A stretch of 64,000 bases of DNA, taken from Vitrella brassicaformis CCMP3155 (Eukaryota > Protista > Chromerida). The DNA is taken from contig CDMY01000185.1 in NCBI GenBank assembly GCA_001179505.1, forward strand, positions 1-64,000, given 5' to 3'. Position numbers and translations under genes: made by a program. A model generated the notes under the pieces. It did no database searches and was not told where the DNA came from. It worked only from the letters and a program-made list of their open reading frames with translations. Position 1 is the first letter of the stretch. Every line of letters begins with the position of its first letter. Positions 1-13,500 of the stretch are shown here, one piece after another.

Positions 1-1581
1 CCACGTGGTCGACGTGACGCTCCTGTGGAAGCGACTCCTCGTCAACGAATGGGTCGTCCCGCGCGTTGATGGCCATGTAGGGGGTGCGGATGAAGGGCAG
101 GTGCGGCTTGGACGCCGATTTAATGTAGTAGTCCTTCTCGTCAGCATAGCCGAAGATGGGGGCGATGAAGTGGCGATCGAACTCGCCGATGGTCTTGGCC
201 TCGCGGACGCCATCGAGGTTGAACGACCCAGGGAACCTGACAGGCACAAGAAACCCCATGGATGCCTGCGCCCATTTTGTGTGCGAGAGGCCGTTTGTCT
301 CACCTCTGATGGTGAGTCTCGGCCTTCACTTTGAGGGTGCGAAGAAAATTCCCAGTGTAGACCAGACGCGAGAAGCCAGGGGAGTCGATCTTGGGCTGGG
401 CTGCCAGTGGATCGAACGGCACGCAGGCCACCGCCGCGCCCCTGACGCCTTTCTCCGCATAGGCCTCCTCTCCCATGGAACCAAGCCACTTGGTGATCAC
501 GTTGCCGCCAAGCGAGAAGCCGGCGAGAAACAGTGGCCGCGAGGGGGCGATGTGACGGAACCGCTCGACGAGGAACTGCAGATCTTCTGTGAAGCCAACA
601 TTGTATGCGCGGACCTAAACACAAGGCATCAGGCGAGAGTGGTCAGAATGTGTGTATGTGCAAACGGTTTCTCGCGTCAGGACTGCTCACCGTCTTCGGC
701 AACTCGCCGGAGCAAGATCTGAAGTTGACCAGACAAACGTCGAAGTTCCTCGCGTGGAAGGCCCTGGCCATCTTGAGACAGAGAGGGCTCCTCGAGTTGC
801 TTTCCAGGCCATGCAGCACCAGCACAAGCGGGTGGTTCGTCGACGGCTTCTCGACACGCCCCTCCGCCACACACCGGTGCAGCTCATGGGCACGGTCACC
901 ATCCCAGTAGTAGAAGTCCATGTCGATGAAATCGCCGTCCGGCGTGTCCACACGCACTCGAATAAGGTCGTCGATGAAGTGCCACTGGCTGTGCCGACCG
1001 AACAGCCGGGTGCGGACGGATTCTGAGCCGAAGATGGTCTGGATGTGCTGGTTCCGCGCCCATAGTGGAGGGATATAGGGCACTGGCTCGAAGGACTTGG
1101 CCACTGCGACGCGTTGGGAGAGCGGGAGGGAGGGGAGGGCGGCAGAAGAGGCCTGACAGGGAACACACAAACAGACATAGATGACACGCTCGTCTCACTC
1201 CTCGTCCGAGTGCTGTCCTTACCTCTGCAGCTGTGGGTGGGAGGTTGTCTTGCCTCACTTGCTGAGGGAGCAAGGCATCGCAGGCGCCAAACACCGGGTC
1301 AACAGACAACAGAGAAGCAGTACAAGAGCAGCCCAAGCCGCAGATCAGTCACCACACGAAGCCATACACGCGCATCCACAGCACCAGCATGAACGAGCAC
1401 ACCGTCCCCCCCTCACCACCAACCCACCCACCTGTGTCATTGCAGATCTTGTGCTCATCCAGATCTTCAGACTTCCCCTGGGATGAGCTGCTGGCGAGGA
1501 GATGAACTTGAAGGAAACAACAAGACGTGACGCCTGTGCCGTCAAGATGGATGTAAGGCAAACCAAAAGGAGGGGAAGCAT
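1..1581 (-). CDS. YheT/ABHD-family alpha/beta hydrolase with N-terminal signal peptide (multi-exon, 3' end runs off the window)
   Basis: Spliced peptides contain PLWARNQHIQTIFG, TPDGDFIDMD, LVLHGLESNS, VNFRSCSGE, RAYNVGFTEDL, the nucleophile motif GFSLGGN, FDRHFIAPIFGY and INARDDPF. GT-AG introns are in frame. Starts MLPLLLVCLTSILTAQA. Confidence 0.82.
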
Positions 1582-1754
1582 GGAAGGGGCCGAGGGAGAG
1601 AGCCCCAGTGAAGCAAAGCTAGCAACTCAAGCTCGCAATCCGTATTTGGCCAGGACAATCAGAGGGCGAGTTTTTCCGCGTTTGTCGCTCTCCGTCCGTC
1701 CAGGGAAAGATCTTTCGGCAGCTGAGTGCGCACTCCGTTCGCAGACCCCTAGCG

Positions 1755-2861
1755 ATGATGATGGGTCGTTCCGGCCTTGCCGTGTTGGTTGGCCTGGCTG
1801 CCCTCCTGCAGCCTCTCCTCGCCCATGGCCGACGTAAGCCGCACCACGGTACACCACCAGCACCTCCACACACCGAATGGACCTCACATCGTGGCAGATC
1901 TGTCCATATTGGTGTGGTTTTCTGCTGTTGTTGCGATATGGCCTTTGGGTAGCTGATCTATGGCTGCAGAGATGTCGGCGGAAGCCGAAACTCTTGGGCA
2001 AGGTAGGCAGACAGCCGATCCATCCATCCATCCATCCATCCATCCATCCATCCATCCGTCGGATGTGTGTGTGTGTGTTTTGTGTGCAGGGGGGGAGATG
2101 GCGGCGTTTCANNNNNNNNNNNNNNNNNNNNNNNNNNNNNNNNNNNNNNNNNNNNNNNNNNNNNNNNNNNNNNNNNNNNNNNNNNNNNNNNNNNNNNNNN
2201 NNNNNNNNNNNNNNNNNNNNNNNNNNNNNNNNNNNNNNNNNNNNNNNNNNNNNNNNNNNNNNNNNNNNNNNNNNNNNNNNNNNNNNNNNNNNNNNNNNNN
2301 NNNNNNNNNNNNNNNNNNNNNNNNNNNNNNNNNNNNNNNNNNNNNNNNNNNNNNNNNNNNNNNNNNNNNNNNNNNNNNNNNNNNNNNNNNNNNNNNNNNN
2401 NNNNNNNNNNNCGCTCGTGCGGCTGCAGCTGGACCACGTCGCCAGCAGCATCACCGCCGCCCACCAGATGACGGCCGCCGCCCTGGGAGCCATCGACAAC
2501 GCCCACCGCACCATTCTCCTTCAGATGAATGCCGCCGAGAATTCCAAGCAGCCGGGTAGTGCGCAAACCGACAGACACCCAGACGGAACGACGTGCGGCC
2601 GTCTATCTGTGTGCGTGTGCAGATTGGTGCAAGGAGTGTGCTGCGGCTGCTGGGAGGAACAAGAACTTCGTTTGCCTGGTCAGGGAGGAGGTACTCCGCC
2701 CGTGGGACATTCACGGGCGTTCCAACTACAACGAGTACCAGGTGGTGGCCATCATCCAAGGCGGCGGGTGCACCTCTATTGAGCAGATGAGGGGCGTTTG
2801 CCACCAGACCGAACAGGAGATAGGAGCGCAGCAAACCCACTGCGGGCTGAAAACGGCTTAG
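1755..2861 (+). CDS. Hypothetical secreted protein (spans an assembly gap; C-terminal exon Cys-containing)
   Basis: Signal-peptide-like MMMGRSGLAVLVGLAALLQPLLAHG. Coding-like exons after the gap (LVRLQLDHVASSIT..., WCKECAAAAGRNKNFVCLV...HCGLKTA*) have canonical splice sites. Confidence 0.4.
2112..2411. other. Assembly gap (300 N)
   Basis: N run. Confidence 1.
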
Positions 2862-3031
2862 ACAGAGATGTAGAGGGCAAAGGAGGGAGAGAGGGAGAGA
2901 GGGAAAGAGGGAGAAGGGGAGAGAGGGAGTCACTTCTGCTGACAGCGTTAGATAGCTGAGCAGCTACACCGTGTGTTGCAGACAGACGGGCTGGCGGGAC
3001 ACACACATGGGGGACACGGACACACAGAGTT

Positions 3032-4308
3032 TTAGTGGTCATTTTGGAGTGTGTGCGTGTGTGATTTGGATAATCCCATCGGCTGTCTGTGTGTGGCTGT
3101 GGCTGCCTGTATGTGTTGTGTTGGTGGATGGACTGCCTGACTGTCTGGCATGGGTGGTGTTGGCCGCGCATGCCCATGTCCACGGCCCGGCTGCAGCGTT
3201 GCATTCACAAACGGATGGATGGATGGACCACTCCCATTGTTTTTTACCATCAAGCGGAGCGCATCACACGGACAGGTTAACGTACATCCAGAGTTGGGCC
3301 TCTTACACACACACACACACATGCAGAAAGTATCACACCAAATCCAGCACCACCACCACCAGCGATGCCCTAATGAGCCAACCACACACACACACACAAA
3401 GCTCGGGTCAAATCGTGTGGTTCTTTTCCACTCCAGCGCACCTGGCTTTGCTGCTGCTGCTGCTGCTGCTGCATGAGCCTGGCTGGCATTATGCGCCAGC
3501 ACGGCTTTGCCCTCGGCTATTAGCTCGGCCGCCTGCTTTAGACAACTCATTCCCTGCACACACACACCCACACACACGTGTGACGTCTGTCCGTGTGTGT
3601 GGGTGCTGCCGCCTGTGGCTGCGACGACAGCCGCGTTGTTGCACACCACCCAGTTGCCGGAGTCCAGACGGATGGCTGCAGGTATGTCACACACACATAC
3701 ACAGAGAGTGGCAGAGTGATTGCCTTCTCCTCTCCCGGGTTGTTTTGTTGCCCCACCGTGCAGGATGGCATCCAGCGCCTTGTCGAGGCTGCCCGTCTTG
3801 TAGTGGGCGTACGCTGACCGACCAACACATCCCACATCGATGGATGGATGGATGTGAGCGTCACGTCAGTCGCCGACCGAGTGCGGTTTGTGCGTATGTA
3901 GCTTCAGACATGAGGGAGAGGCCCTCGCTGATCACAGGGGAGTGCCCTCAGCATAACGTTCCAGCACTAAAAGAGAGAGAGAGAAAGAGAGAGAGGGAGA
4001 GGAGGATGGGTGTGGACGTATCCCTGTCTGTCTGTCTGTCTGTGCGTACGTATGCAATTAAGGGCCATCGCCGTCGCTGGTGAAGGCTTTGTGGGGTGCA
4101 TTTCCTTGTGGATCGTCTTGTTGAGCAACGTCTCTCCGTCCGATGAGGTCAAGCACCTGCTGTCCACACTGGGAGAAGAGCAGGAGACACCGACATACAC
4201 CGTGAACGAGTGGAACTTCGCGGACCTTCTGATCTGCCGACTTGCGCTTGGCCTCGCTCTTTGCCTTCGATTTGGGCCGCTTGGCTGCCAGCGAGGAACC
4301 GGCTTCAT
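3032..4308 (-). CDS. Hypothetical protein with possible TPR-like helices (boundaries uncertain)
   Basis: Exon peptides AYAHYKTGSLDKALDAIL, AAIRLDSGNWVVCNNAAVVAA and GMSCLKQAAELIAEG resemble TPR helical pairs; microsatellite-rich introns lie between them. Confidence 0.35.
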
Positions 4309-4487
4309 GATTTGATCTGGCGGAGGAATACCTCCACACGGTGGATTTCAACGGACCTGAGGGAGTAGGAGAGAGCAATGCGTTTCAATGAATGAATGTG
4401 CTGACCGGTCCGCGGCGGAGCCACGTGCACATCCGATTCGCTCGCTGGCGGCTGAGCCAGGCGGTTCGTAAACGCAATGGTTTTTCC

Positions 4488-4503
4488 AAACCCTAAACCC
4501 TGA
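4488..4503. promoter_or_regulatory. Telo-box-like AAACCCTAAACCCTGA between divergent genes
   Basis: Two tandem plant/apicomplexan-type telomere units in a short head-to-head intergenic region. Confidence 0.4.
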
Positions 4504-4642
4504 AGCTTTTTTTGAAATCTCGAAGCAGCAAATCACCACGCGCATCTCCGTCCGTCCCAGTAAGCCGTCACTCGCCAGCCGTCCGCCTCCGTACAAAAGT
4601 TGTCACTCTCCAGAGTCAACCGCAGATCATCCCCCCCTCGGC

Positions 4643-6689
4643 ATGATGGAGCCGTCCACCTCCCCAGCGGTGCTTACCGTCCCCGCACAGCCGACAGCGT
4701 GCCAAAAATGCTGCTCTCCCTGCGACGAGAGCGAAGGCATGGTCACTCCGAGAGGTACATGATGGCTGTGCATTCATCGCCACACATGAGGCATGCAGTC
4801 TAGATCTCCCCTCCCTGTCTGTATGCGGTGCGTCATGCAGAGCCGCCGGAGGAGGAGCGCAGTGTGGTCTTCCACTCGCCAGTGGCGCACCGGAATGAGA
4901 GATCCGACTATAATGGCTATGAGGAGGAGGAGGCCGATGAGGGAGGCAGCTCACTGGGGCTGCTGACGGTGCTGCTGCCGTGCTTTGTGGCCCTGGCGAC
5001 GCACACGTGGATCCACAGCCTGTCCATGTTCGAGATCTACCTTCTGCGAGACCCTGCTCTCAGGTATGGCGCCCCGCCGGTTGGTCACAGGACATTCCTT
5101 CCTGCACTTTTTGTTCAGGTATACGACCCGCACGCACGGCGTCATCATGTCGCTCTACTCGCTGCCCGAGATGCTGTCGGCCATCGTGGGCGGTCTCCTT
5201 TACACCCTCCCACGCGCACCCACCCTGCTGCTGGCAGCCATCACCTTCGAGTGGGTCGGCCAGGTCATCTTCGCCGCGGCAATCGGCATGAACACGCTCC
5301 CCTTCGCATTCGTCGGCCAGTGCATGGCTGGGATGGGTGCCGGCATCACGGTGGTCATCCAGAGGGCCGTCATGTCAGGCCTCCTGCCGCACAAGACCAC
5401 CACGGCCATGGGCCTCGCCGTGGCCATCGCTGCCCTCGGCCGCACGACGGCCAAAGCGACTGTGGCTCCCCTTGTCGACATCTCTGGCGGCTACAAGAAC
5501 GCCCTCGCCTGTGTGGTGCTCTCGACGTCATTCTCCTTCGTGGCTGCAGTGATTTTCGTCTTTCACGGCAGGAGAGTTCTGGGCCGGATAGAGAGGCAGA
5601 CGCTCGGCCGGTCGGCCAAGGGTGAGGGCGTGGGTGTGGCGCGTGCGTGGGCCGCCATTGCACAGGGGGAGCTGACGGGAAGGTTCTGGGTGCTGAACGT
5701 GCTACACCTGTTGCTGCTGGCGGTGCTGCACACCTTCATGAACTTCTCGGGCGACCTCATCTTTCAGGTACGTCAACGTCATGGATGCTGCCATCCATCC
5801 ATCCATCCATCCACTGTCCCTTGTTGTCTGTCAGACCTGGCACACCGGCGATATCGCCACAGGGCTCCTCTCGTCCATAGTGACCGGCCTGGTGATCATC
5901 GTGCTACCCCCAATCACCTTTCTCCTCGACACATTCGGCGGCGGACTCTCAGTCTGCCTCACAGCATGCATCATGACCCTCCTGGTGCTTGTGGGGGCGG
6001 CCACTGCCGGCGGCGCGCCGCCGGCCCGCGGCCCAGGGGGCGAGAAGAGCGTCGTGCCGAGTGTGGCGTCGGGCAGCGGCCCGGGTAGCCGGGCCTTTGC
6101 GGGGCTGCTGGTGGTGGTGCTGGGGTTCACGGAGGCGGTGGGGCCGGCTGTGCTGCTGGGAAGGATCCCCCACGAAGACAGGTGCGTGTGTGGGCGAAGG
6201 GGTGCAAGAAGCGACGCCGTAAATGAGTTGTGGTCTGCTTCATTGTCTCATTCCTTCAGCGTCCGGTCGCCCAATCTGCACGGTTTGGCGTTTGCCGTGG
6301 CCGAGGTCTCGTCCGCCCCCGCAGTGGCCATCCTCAACGCGTCATTCGGCTCCATCGCCCAGTCCACCCACACCTACCTCTACCCCCTCCTGCTCCTCGC
6401 CGCTCTCGCCTGTCTCGCGGCATGCCTCCTTGTTGCTCTCCTCGTCAAGGAGCCGAAACGCGGCGCGGCTTTGCACCACGGCTACTCTCGCGCGCGGCTT
6501 GGGGTGATTGGTGTGGCTAGGAGGGAGGCCAGTGAGGGGTGGCGGAGCTGTGTCGGGGAGGAGAGCGCCTGCTCGCGGGGGCAGCAGAGGAACGGCAACT
6601 GCACTGGCAACGGCAACGGGAACGGGCAGCTGGCAGTCGATGATGTCGGGGACGGGTATAGGCCGCTTGCAGACGAGAATGGCGCGTAG
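4643..6689 (+). CDS. Major facilitator superfamily transporter (MFSD1-like), about 5 exons
   Basis: Many hydrophobic helices in two halves (YSLPEMLSAIVGGLL, GQCMAGMGAGITVVIQR, LGRTTAKATVAPL, LHTFMNFSGDL, LHGLAFAVAE) with in-frame GT-AG introns. Probable start MMEPSTSP at 4643. Confidence 0.8.
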
Positions 6690-7652
6690 GCGCTTGTTCG
6701 CCTGTCTGTCTGCCGGTTAGGAGTAGGTTCGGTCATTCACTGATTGGTCGATTCATTTGTCGTCGTCGTGGACGGACAGACGTCTGTCTGAGAGTTTTCC
6801 TCGGTCTGTGCGTGTGTGTGATCGATTCCACCTGTGTGTGTGTGTGTGTGTGTCCGTGAGTGGGGAGGGAGAGGTCAGGGCACACAGACATACTGGGCGA
6901 AAGCGCCATGTCTGCTCCCGGTTTGTGGGTGAGAGATTTTCTCAGACACGGGACTGATGGCAACGGCCAGGCGTCTAGGCTTTTCCCACTCTTGCTAGCC
7001 ATATGTGCTGCATCCATATGACGTATCGACCTATGACCCTACCCACACACCTGATGCATGTCCTCAGTGAGAGTCAATGGCATACTGATTGATCTGGGTA
7101 CTGAACGTGCAAGCTTCAAAATACCACACCACAATTGGAGACATACTGTCTGTCGGGCGAGAGCGGCTGAGGGGCTGAGACACGCTTCTCCACACACATT
7201 CGATCATTACGAAAAATAGCGCGACGTCGGGAAGAGAACAAGCGAAGCCATACATATATACGTCGAAACCATATGTAACTACTGAGAAAGAGACAGCCCG
7301 CCCGCCCAACTGGGGCGGGCTGAGCGCGTATGCTTGAGCTCCCACAGCCAATCACAAACCCGCGGTTGGTTGAGCCAGCTAGCTAGCCAGCCTGTCCACC
7401 CGAGACAGCGAGAAAGCAGACGTCCTTTGCCGTCGGCCACTCGGGTGGGTGCCTGAGAGCTGTCTGTCACATTATCCTGGCTGGCGACAAATATAGATAG
7501 ATGAGAAACTCATATCTAGGCGGCCGGAGAACTACAGAACGACCGGAGAGCTACAGATAGGTAGACAGAGGCATCCATCGGCCTATACGACGTACTTCCA
7601 TAAACAGGACGGCAGCAAACACACTCATAGACACACACGCATAGACGCACAA

Positions 7653-9647
7653 TCAGATTGGTCCGTAGACGGGCGGCTGGTAGGCGGTCAGCACAGGCAC
7701 AAGGGCGTAGTTGAGGGTGTCCGTCACGCCGTTGACCGTCGCATACGGAACGAACAGGGGCTCACACGCACCCGTGTGCTCAAACAGGATCACCGACTGA
7801 CACACACACACACACACACACACAGAGGAGGGACAGAGGACAAGGACATACCGACAGGCCCGAATACTACTTCTGTCTGTCTGTCTGTCTGTCTGCCTGT
7901 CTGCCTGTCTGTGTCGGTTACGTATTCGCAGGGGCCGGTTTCGCAGAAGAGGCCGATGGTGACGGGGGTCGAGCCGTCGAAGCCGTCCGTCGCGATGGCC
8001 GCAGCGTCCTCATACACGCCAGCAATCGGCGCATTGGCGCTGGTCACGAAATCCCTGAAGATAGACAGGCACAATAGAGACAGCCATCTCCCTCTGTCTC
8101 TCCCACTCTCCCTGTCTCCGTCTCCCGTGTCTGAATGTAATGTGTGTTGGTGCGTGTGGACCTCACTGTGTGGCCTCGTCGAATATGATGAGGTCGACAT
8201 TGCCCGATAGCGACTGCACCGCCGCCACGAGGAAAGCGGCCAGGTCGTAGATCGCGAAGGCGTCCTGGATTGTCAGCGTCACAATCTCCTCTTCAGCAAG
8301 GTAACCTATCTCCTCATCGACGAAACCTGTATCGCAAGCCCGCCCACCGACAGCGATCTCGTCTTATCTGTCGGCCCTCCCTCCATCCCTCCCTCCCTCA
8401 CACAGGAATGCACCTACCCGGGCAGGGGGGCACGGTTTGTGTGGGGTCAGGGACGGGAGCAGGCCCAGGGACCGGGGCGGGCTGGGGAGCTGGCTGGACT
8501 GGTTGGACTGGCTGGACTGGCTGGACGGGCTGGACGGGCTGAGGGTACTGAGGCGGCACCGCACCGGGGGGTGGTTGACGATCTGCGCAAACAGAAACAC
8601 CCGCGCATAGATGACCCGCATGCATCGGGCGTGAAAGCATATTGGATGCAGCTCAGCAGCCCGGTGCACGTGATGTGTTGAGACTCACTCGCCACGGACA
8701 GCCTGCTGCCGATTCCCTCGCTCTCTTCGTCTGCGTCGTCGTCGCCGTTGTCGTCCCCATCATCGATGTCTGTCACGTTCATGTCATCGATCATGTCGGT
8801 GAGGTCATCGATCATGTCTGTCATGTCATCAATATCGTCCTGCAGGTCGTCCACGTCATCACTCAGGTCATCCTGACGACACAGAACAGAAGAGGCAGAC
8901 AGACAGGTCAGAGAAAGAGGGAACAATAGCTTCTCGTCTCTGTCTCACCACGTCATCGGCGGCGTCATCGACGTCATCCGCCACGTCATCTGCCACGTCA
9001 TCTGCCACGTCGTCGACGTCATCGTCAGGCGGGGCGTCCTCTGGGGGCGGCTGTGGGCGGCGCTTGTAGTACCCTCCATGACGCGCACGGTCGTCTGCAT
9101 GACCACACACAACACACTCAGCCAAAGGTCGCCCACACCGTGTCGTCCGTCGCCTGATCTAGTGTGGCGGCTCACCTGCCTCACTCTCGTCCGCATATTG
9201 GTCGTCGCCGTCATCATAGTCGGTGGTGTTCTTGTCAGGGGGGTAGTAGATCCCTCCGCCGCCCCTGCGGCGGCCCTTGTTGATGGTGAGGGTGCCGTGA
9301 CCGTGCTTCATGATGTCCACCCCGCCGCCCATGTCCTCGAGCAGTGTCTTGAGCTGCAGGAACCGCTCCAGCACCATCTCCAGCTCGGCTGATTTCTCCT
9401 CCTTCGGCCCGGGGACGTTGTCGATGTAGTGGCGGCCGCCAGCCTTTCTGTCATCCCGTCCTTTGCCATTGTCGGGGCGGTTGTCGGGTCGGTCGACGGG
9501 CCGCTGGCGCTCGTGTGTGTCCACGTCTGAATCGCGGTTCAGGAATCCGAACAGGTCGGGGAGACCGGCCGAGCAGAGTGCCAGGCAGCTGAGAATGGTG
9601 CAGAGGGATAGGAGGCGGAATGCCGTACGTGGGAAGGAAGAAGCCAT
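7653..9647 (-). CDS. Secreted Asp-rich protein with (QPV)n repeat and C-terminal PPC-like beta domain (7 exons)
   Basis: Signal peptide MASSFPRTAFRLLSLCTILSCLALCSAG; DDVADD and DDMTDMIDD repeats; 9-bp tandem repeat encoding QPVQPV. C-terminal exons splice in frame to ...VQSLSGNVDLIIFDE...SVILFEHTGACEP...YGPI*. Confidence 0.75.
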
Positions 9648-10525
9648 GCCGGCACACAGGAGACGATTAGTTCGACCTTCAGGGAGATTTTCTGTGTGTA
9701 CGGTACGTGTGCGGTACGCATTTGTGGCCATGGCAACGAACGGACATAAACGGCCAATGATTGATGCAGGCGACCACGCAGCAGGCAGTGCGTCGGTCAG
9801 TCACCGCACGGAAACATGCAGTAAGATGAAAACGCGTACGCGAAGTCCATCCACGGTGACGAGACGCAAAAAGCCCTCATGCATCGTCCGTCCATGTAGA
9901 CGCCATTCACGAGCCCACCACACCACCTGTGCGCCTCTGGCCTGCCTGAGCACGGACACGCTCATCCACCCACTAATATTAGTATTCACACTGAAGAGTC
10001 CTCCCCGGCCCATCCCTCCCCTCCCTGGCTCACCAACTCCTCCCCTCATTTCCCCTCCCTCCCTCAATTAGTCGCTAGCTAAAGACGCAGCCACCCGGCG
10101 GCTGGCCCCACTTCACTCACAGACAAAGAGAGAGACGTGAGGCTGATCCATCCATCGTCTAGTGCGTGCTTGGTCCGGTGTTCAGGCATATGTACAGACA
10201 GGCAGGCAGGGAGGCAGGCAGACAGACAGAGGGAGGGAGGGAAGGAGGAAGAGAGGGAGGGAGGGAGGGAGGGAGGCAAGACGAGAGCCGGCCTGCGTGG
10301 GTCACCGGATGCAGGGAAAAACCGCCCCAGGCAGGCAGGCTGGCAGGGAGTCAGATAGATACTCGTCTGTCTTTAATTATGGCGCACACGCACATCCTGC
10401 AGCAGCAATGAGTGCATTTGCGATAGCTACAAACCAGGCAGGAGGCAGGAGGCAGGCACTACATCGTCTGACTAGACACTCACACGACTACGGCTCGCTG
10501 GCTGGCTGTCTGTCTACAGCTAGAG

Positions 10526-13500
10526 CTACAGTTCGTCGTGGCCTGGCGCCTCTGTGGACTCGCTGCCGCCCTCCTCCTCGCCGCCCTCCATGTCGCCCAT
10601 CTTCTCCTGGGCCTTCTTGATCAGCTCCTCTACGTCTGCCTCAGCGTCGCTCGACGGCTTATCCCCTGCACACACACATACACACAAAATGTGATAGACA
10701 TACTCAGCTCGTGTGGGTGGGTGGGTGGGTGGATGGGTGGGTGTGGACCTTCCTCCTCGTCCTCGTCTTCATCCTCGTCGAGCGGGCCCACATCGACCTC
10801 CTCGATGGGCGCCTCGGGGTCTACACCGATGTCCATCGACAAGTAGCGATACCTACACACACACCAGCAAACAGACCATATATACCACATTGCTTGCACA
10901 GCCTGGTGTGTATGTTATGTGGAGGTATGTGGGCTCACAGTTTGGCGGCCATGTCTGTTGGGTTCTCAACGTCAAATCCCGAGGCCAGCATGGCGCTGTC
11001 GAAGAGCATCGACGCCGTCGCCTTGGCGCCCTTGTCCTCCTCGTCAGCCTGCGCACACCCACACACACACACACACAGATTTTTGTGTGGCTGGCTGAGT
11101 GTGTGTGTGACCCACGTACCTTGATTTTCTCGAGTAGCGACTTGATGACGGGGTGGTTGGGATTGATTTCGAGGACCTTCTGGCCGGCCATCATCTTGAC
11201 CTCGTTGTTGTTGGCGAAGGCCTGCGACTTCATGATCTTCTCCATGTAGGCCGAGTAGCCCCACTGCGACGCCACCACGGCCACAGGGTCCTCCACTAAC
11301 CTCTTGCTCAGCTCAACCTGATGACACACAAGCACACAGAGAGAGGGGAGGGTGTCTGTGTCTGTGTCTGTCTGTGGGTGTGGGTGTCGCGGCGCTGTTA
11401 CCTTTTGGATTTTGTCCTTGAGGTGGTTCTTCCACCACTTCATGAGCGGCTCGTACATCTCCTTGAGCTTCTTGTCGCGCTTCTTGTCGTCCTCGGACTC
11501 GTCGAACTTGATGTCGCCCTTCTGGATGGACACCAGCTTCTTGCCCTCGAAGTCGAGCATCTTTTGGAAGCACGGCTCGTCCATCGACTCTGTTGCCATT
11601 TCGTTGCATGCATTGCCACACACACACAGAGAGAGAGAGAGAGAGAAATCCATGACTCTCTCTCTCCCTCCCTCTCTCTCTCTCTGTCCGTGTGTGGGGG
11701 TGGGGGGGCCTGCCTGTGAGGAAGACGACTTCGAGGTCTCGTTTCTTGAAGGCCTGCATGTGTGGGGACTTCATGAGCTGGTCGGTGGACTCGCCGGCCA
11801 TGTAGTAGATGGTGTCCTGGTTCTCCTGCATCCTGTCGACGTAGTCGTCGAGGCCGATCTGCTTGTCCAGCGACTTGCTCGTGTGAAACCTGATCCATAT
11901 CATCCACACGACACGCGCACAAGGAGGGACACACAGACGAGCACCACGGTGAGTGTGCTGTGCCGTGGACCACGTCTCTGTCTGTCTGGGTGGCGTGTGC
12001 GTGTGTTAAGTAAGATGGTCTCTTCATTCGTGTGTGTGACGTCTGTCTCATCACGATCGCGTCAGCGTGGAGTGATTTGTGTGCACGTCAGCTAATCCTC
12101 AGCGATCCCCCCTCCCCCTTGCCCTCCACACGAGCACACACACGCAAACGCACCTGAGGAGCTTGACGATCTTGGCCCTGTTGGAGTCGTCTTCGTAGCA
12201 GCCGAGCTTGAGGTTGCGCGAGAACTGATAGTAGAACTTGTCGAACCGAGACTTCTCGTCCTTCTTGGGCTTCTCGTCTTTCTTCTCCTTCTCGCCCTCG
12301 GCCTCTGCACGACCAACATGACAGACACCGACACACGGAGGCGCATGGGCGCATGTCATGTTTGGCTTGGGGGCTGTGCTGTGTGTGTTGGGTGTGTTGG
12401 GTGTGTTGGGTGTATGGCAATGTGTAGTGAGTGTACCTTCCTCCTCCTCCTCCTCCTCCTTTTTCTTGTCGGCCTCCTTGGCGAGCTTCTTGAACAGCTC
12501 GAGCGTCTTGCGCACCAGCTTCTTGCTGATCACCTTCATCACCTGCACACAAATATCCATCGCCCACGCGACGCAATGGAACACACTTTTTTTTTCCATC
12601 CATCCATCCATCCTCCGGCCCATGCACCAACCCACCCACCTTGTGTTGCTGCAGCTGCTCCCTGTTGACGTTGAGTGGCAGGTCGTCCGAGTCGACGACG
12701 CCGCGCATGAAGTGGAGGTACTTTGGCATGAGGTCCTCGAACTGGTCCGCCACCAGCACCCGCCTCACGTACAGCTTCAGCTGGCTCTGCTGCTTGAAGT
12801 AGTTGTCGAACATGTCCATCGGGGCGCGGCCGGGGATGTACAGAATCGACTGCACTCACTCACACACACACACACACACACAGGTAGACACCGACAGGGA
12901 GAGGGAGCGGTGGGTGTGTGTGATGGGTGGCTGATGGGTGTGTGGTGGGTGACGGACGGACGGACGGACCTTGAATTCGATTTCGCCCTCAGCGTTGAAG
13001 TGGGTGTATGCGAGAGGGTCCTGGTAGTCTTTGGTGGTGCTCTTGTAGAACTCCTTGTACTCGGTGTCGGTCACCTCCTCCTTCGGACGCAGCCATATCG
13101 CCTTCTGCGTGTTGAGCTGCTCCCACTCCCTGCACACACACACACACACACACACACACGCGCAGACACATGAATGAATGACCGTCCACCCACCCAGCTC
13201 CCTCCCTCCCACCAGTATTTCTTGGTGACAGATTTGGTCTTCTTCTTCTTCTCCTTCTTGTCCTCTCCCTCGTCCCCTTCCTCCTCTTCCTTGACCTCGA
13301 CGTCCTCCTCCTTCTTGTCCTCTTCGTCCTCCGCCTCGACGGGCACCTCCTCGGTCTTGCTCTTCTCCACACGCAGGTAGATCGGGAAGGATATGAACTG
13401 GGAGAACTTCTTGGCCAGGTCGCGCAGCTTGTACTCATTCTGAGGGTGGGTGGCGGGGCGGCAAGGCAAGGCAAGAGTGGGCAGGGCAAGGAGAGAGGGT

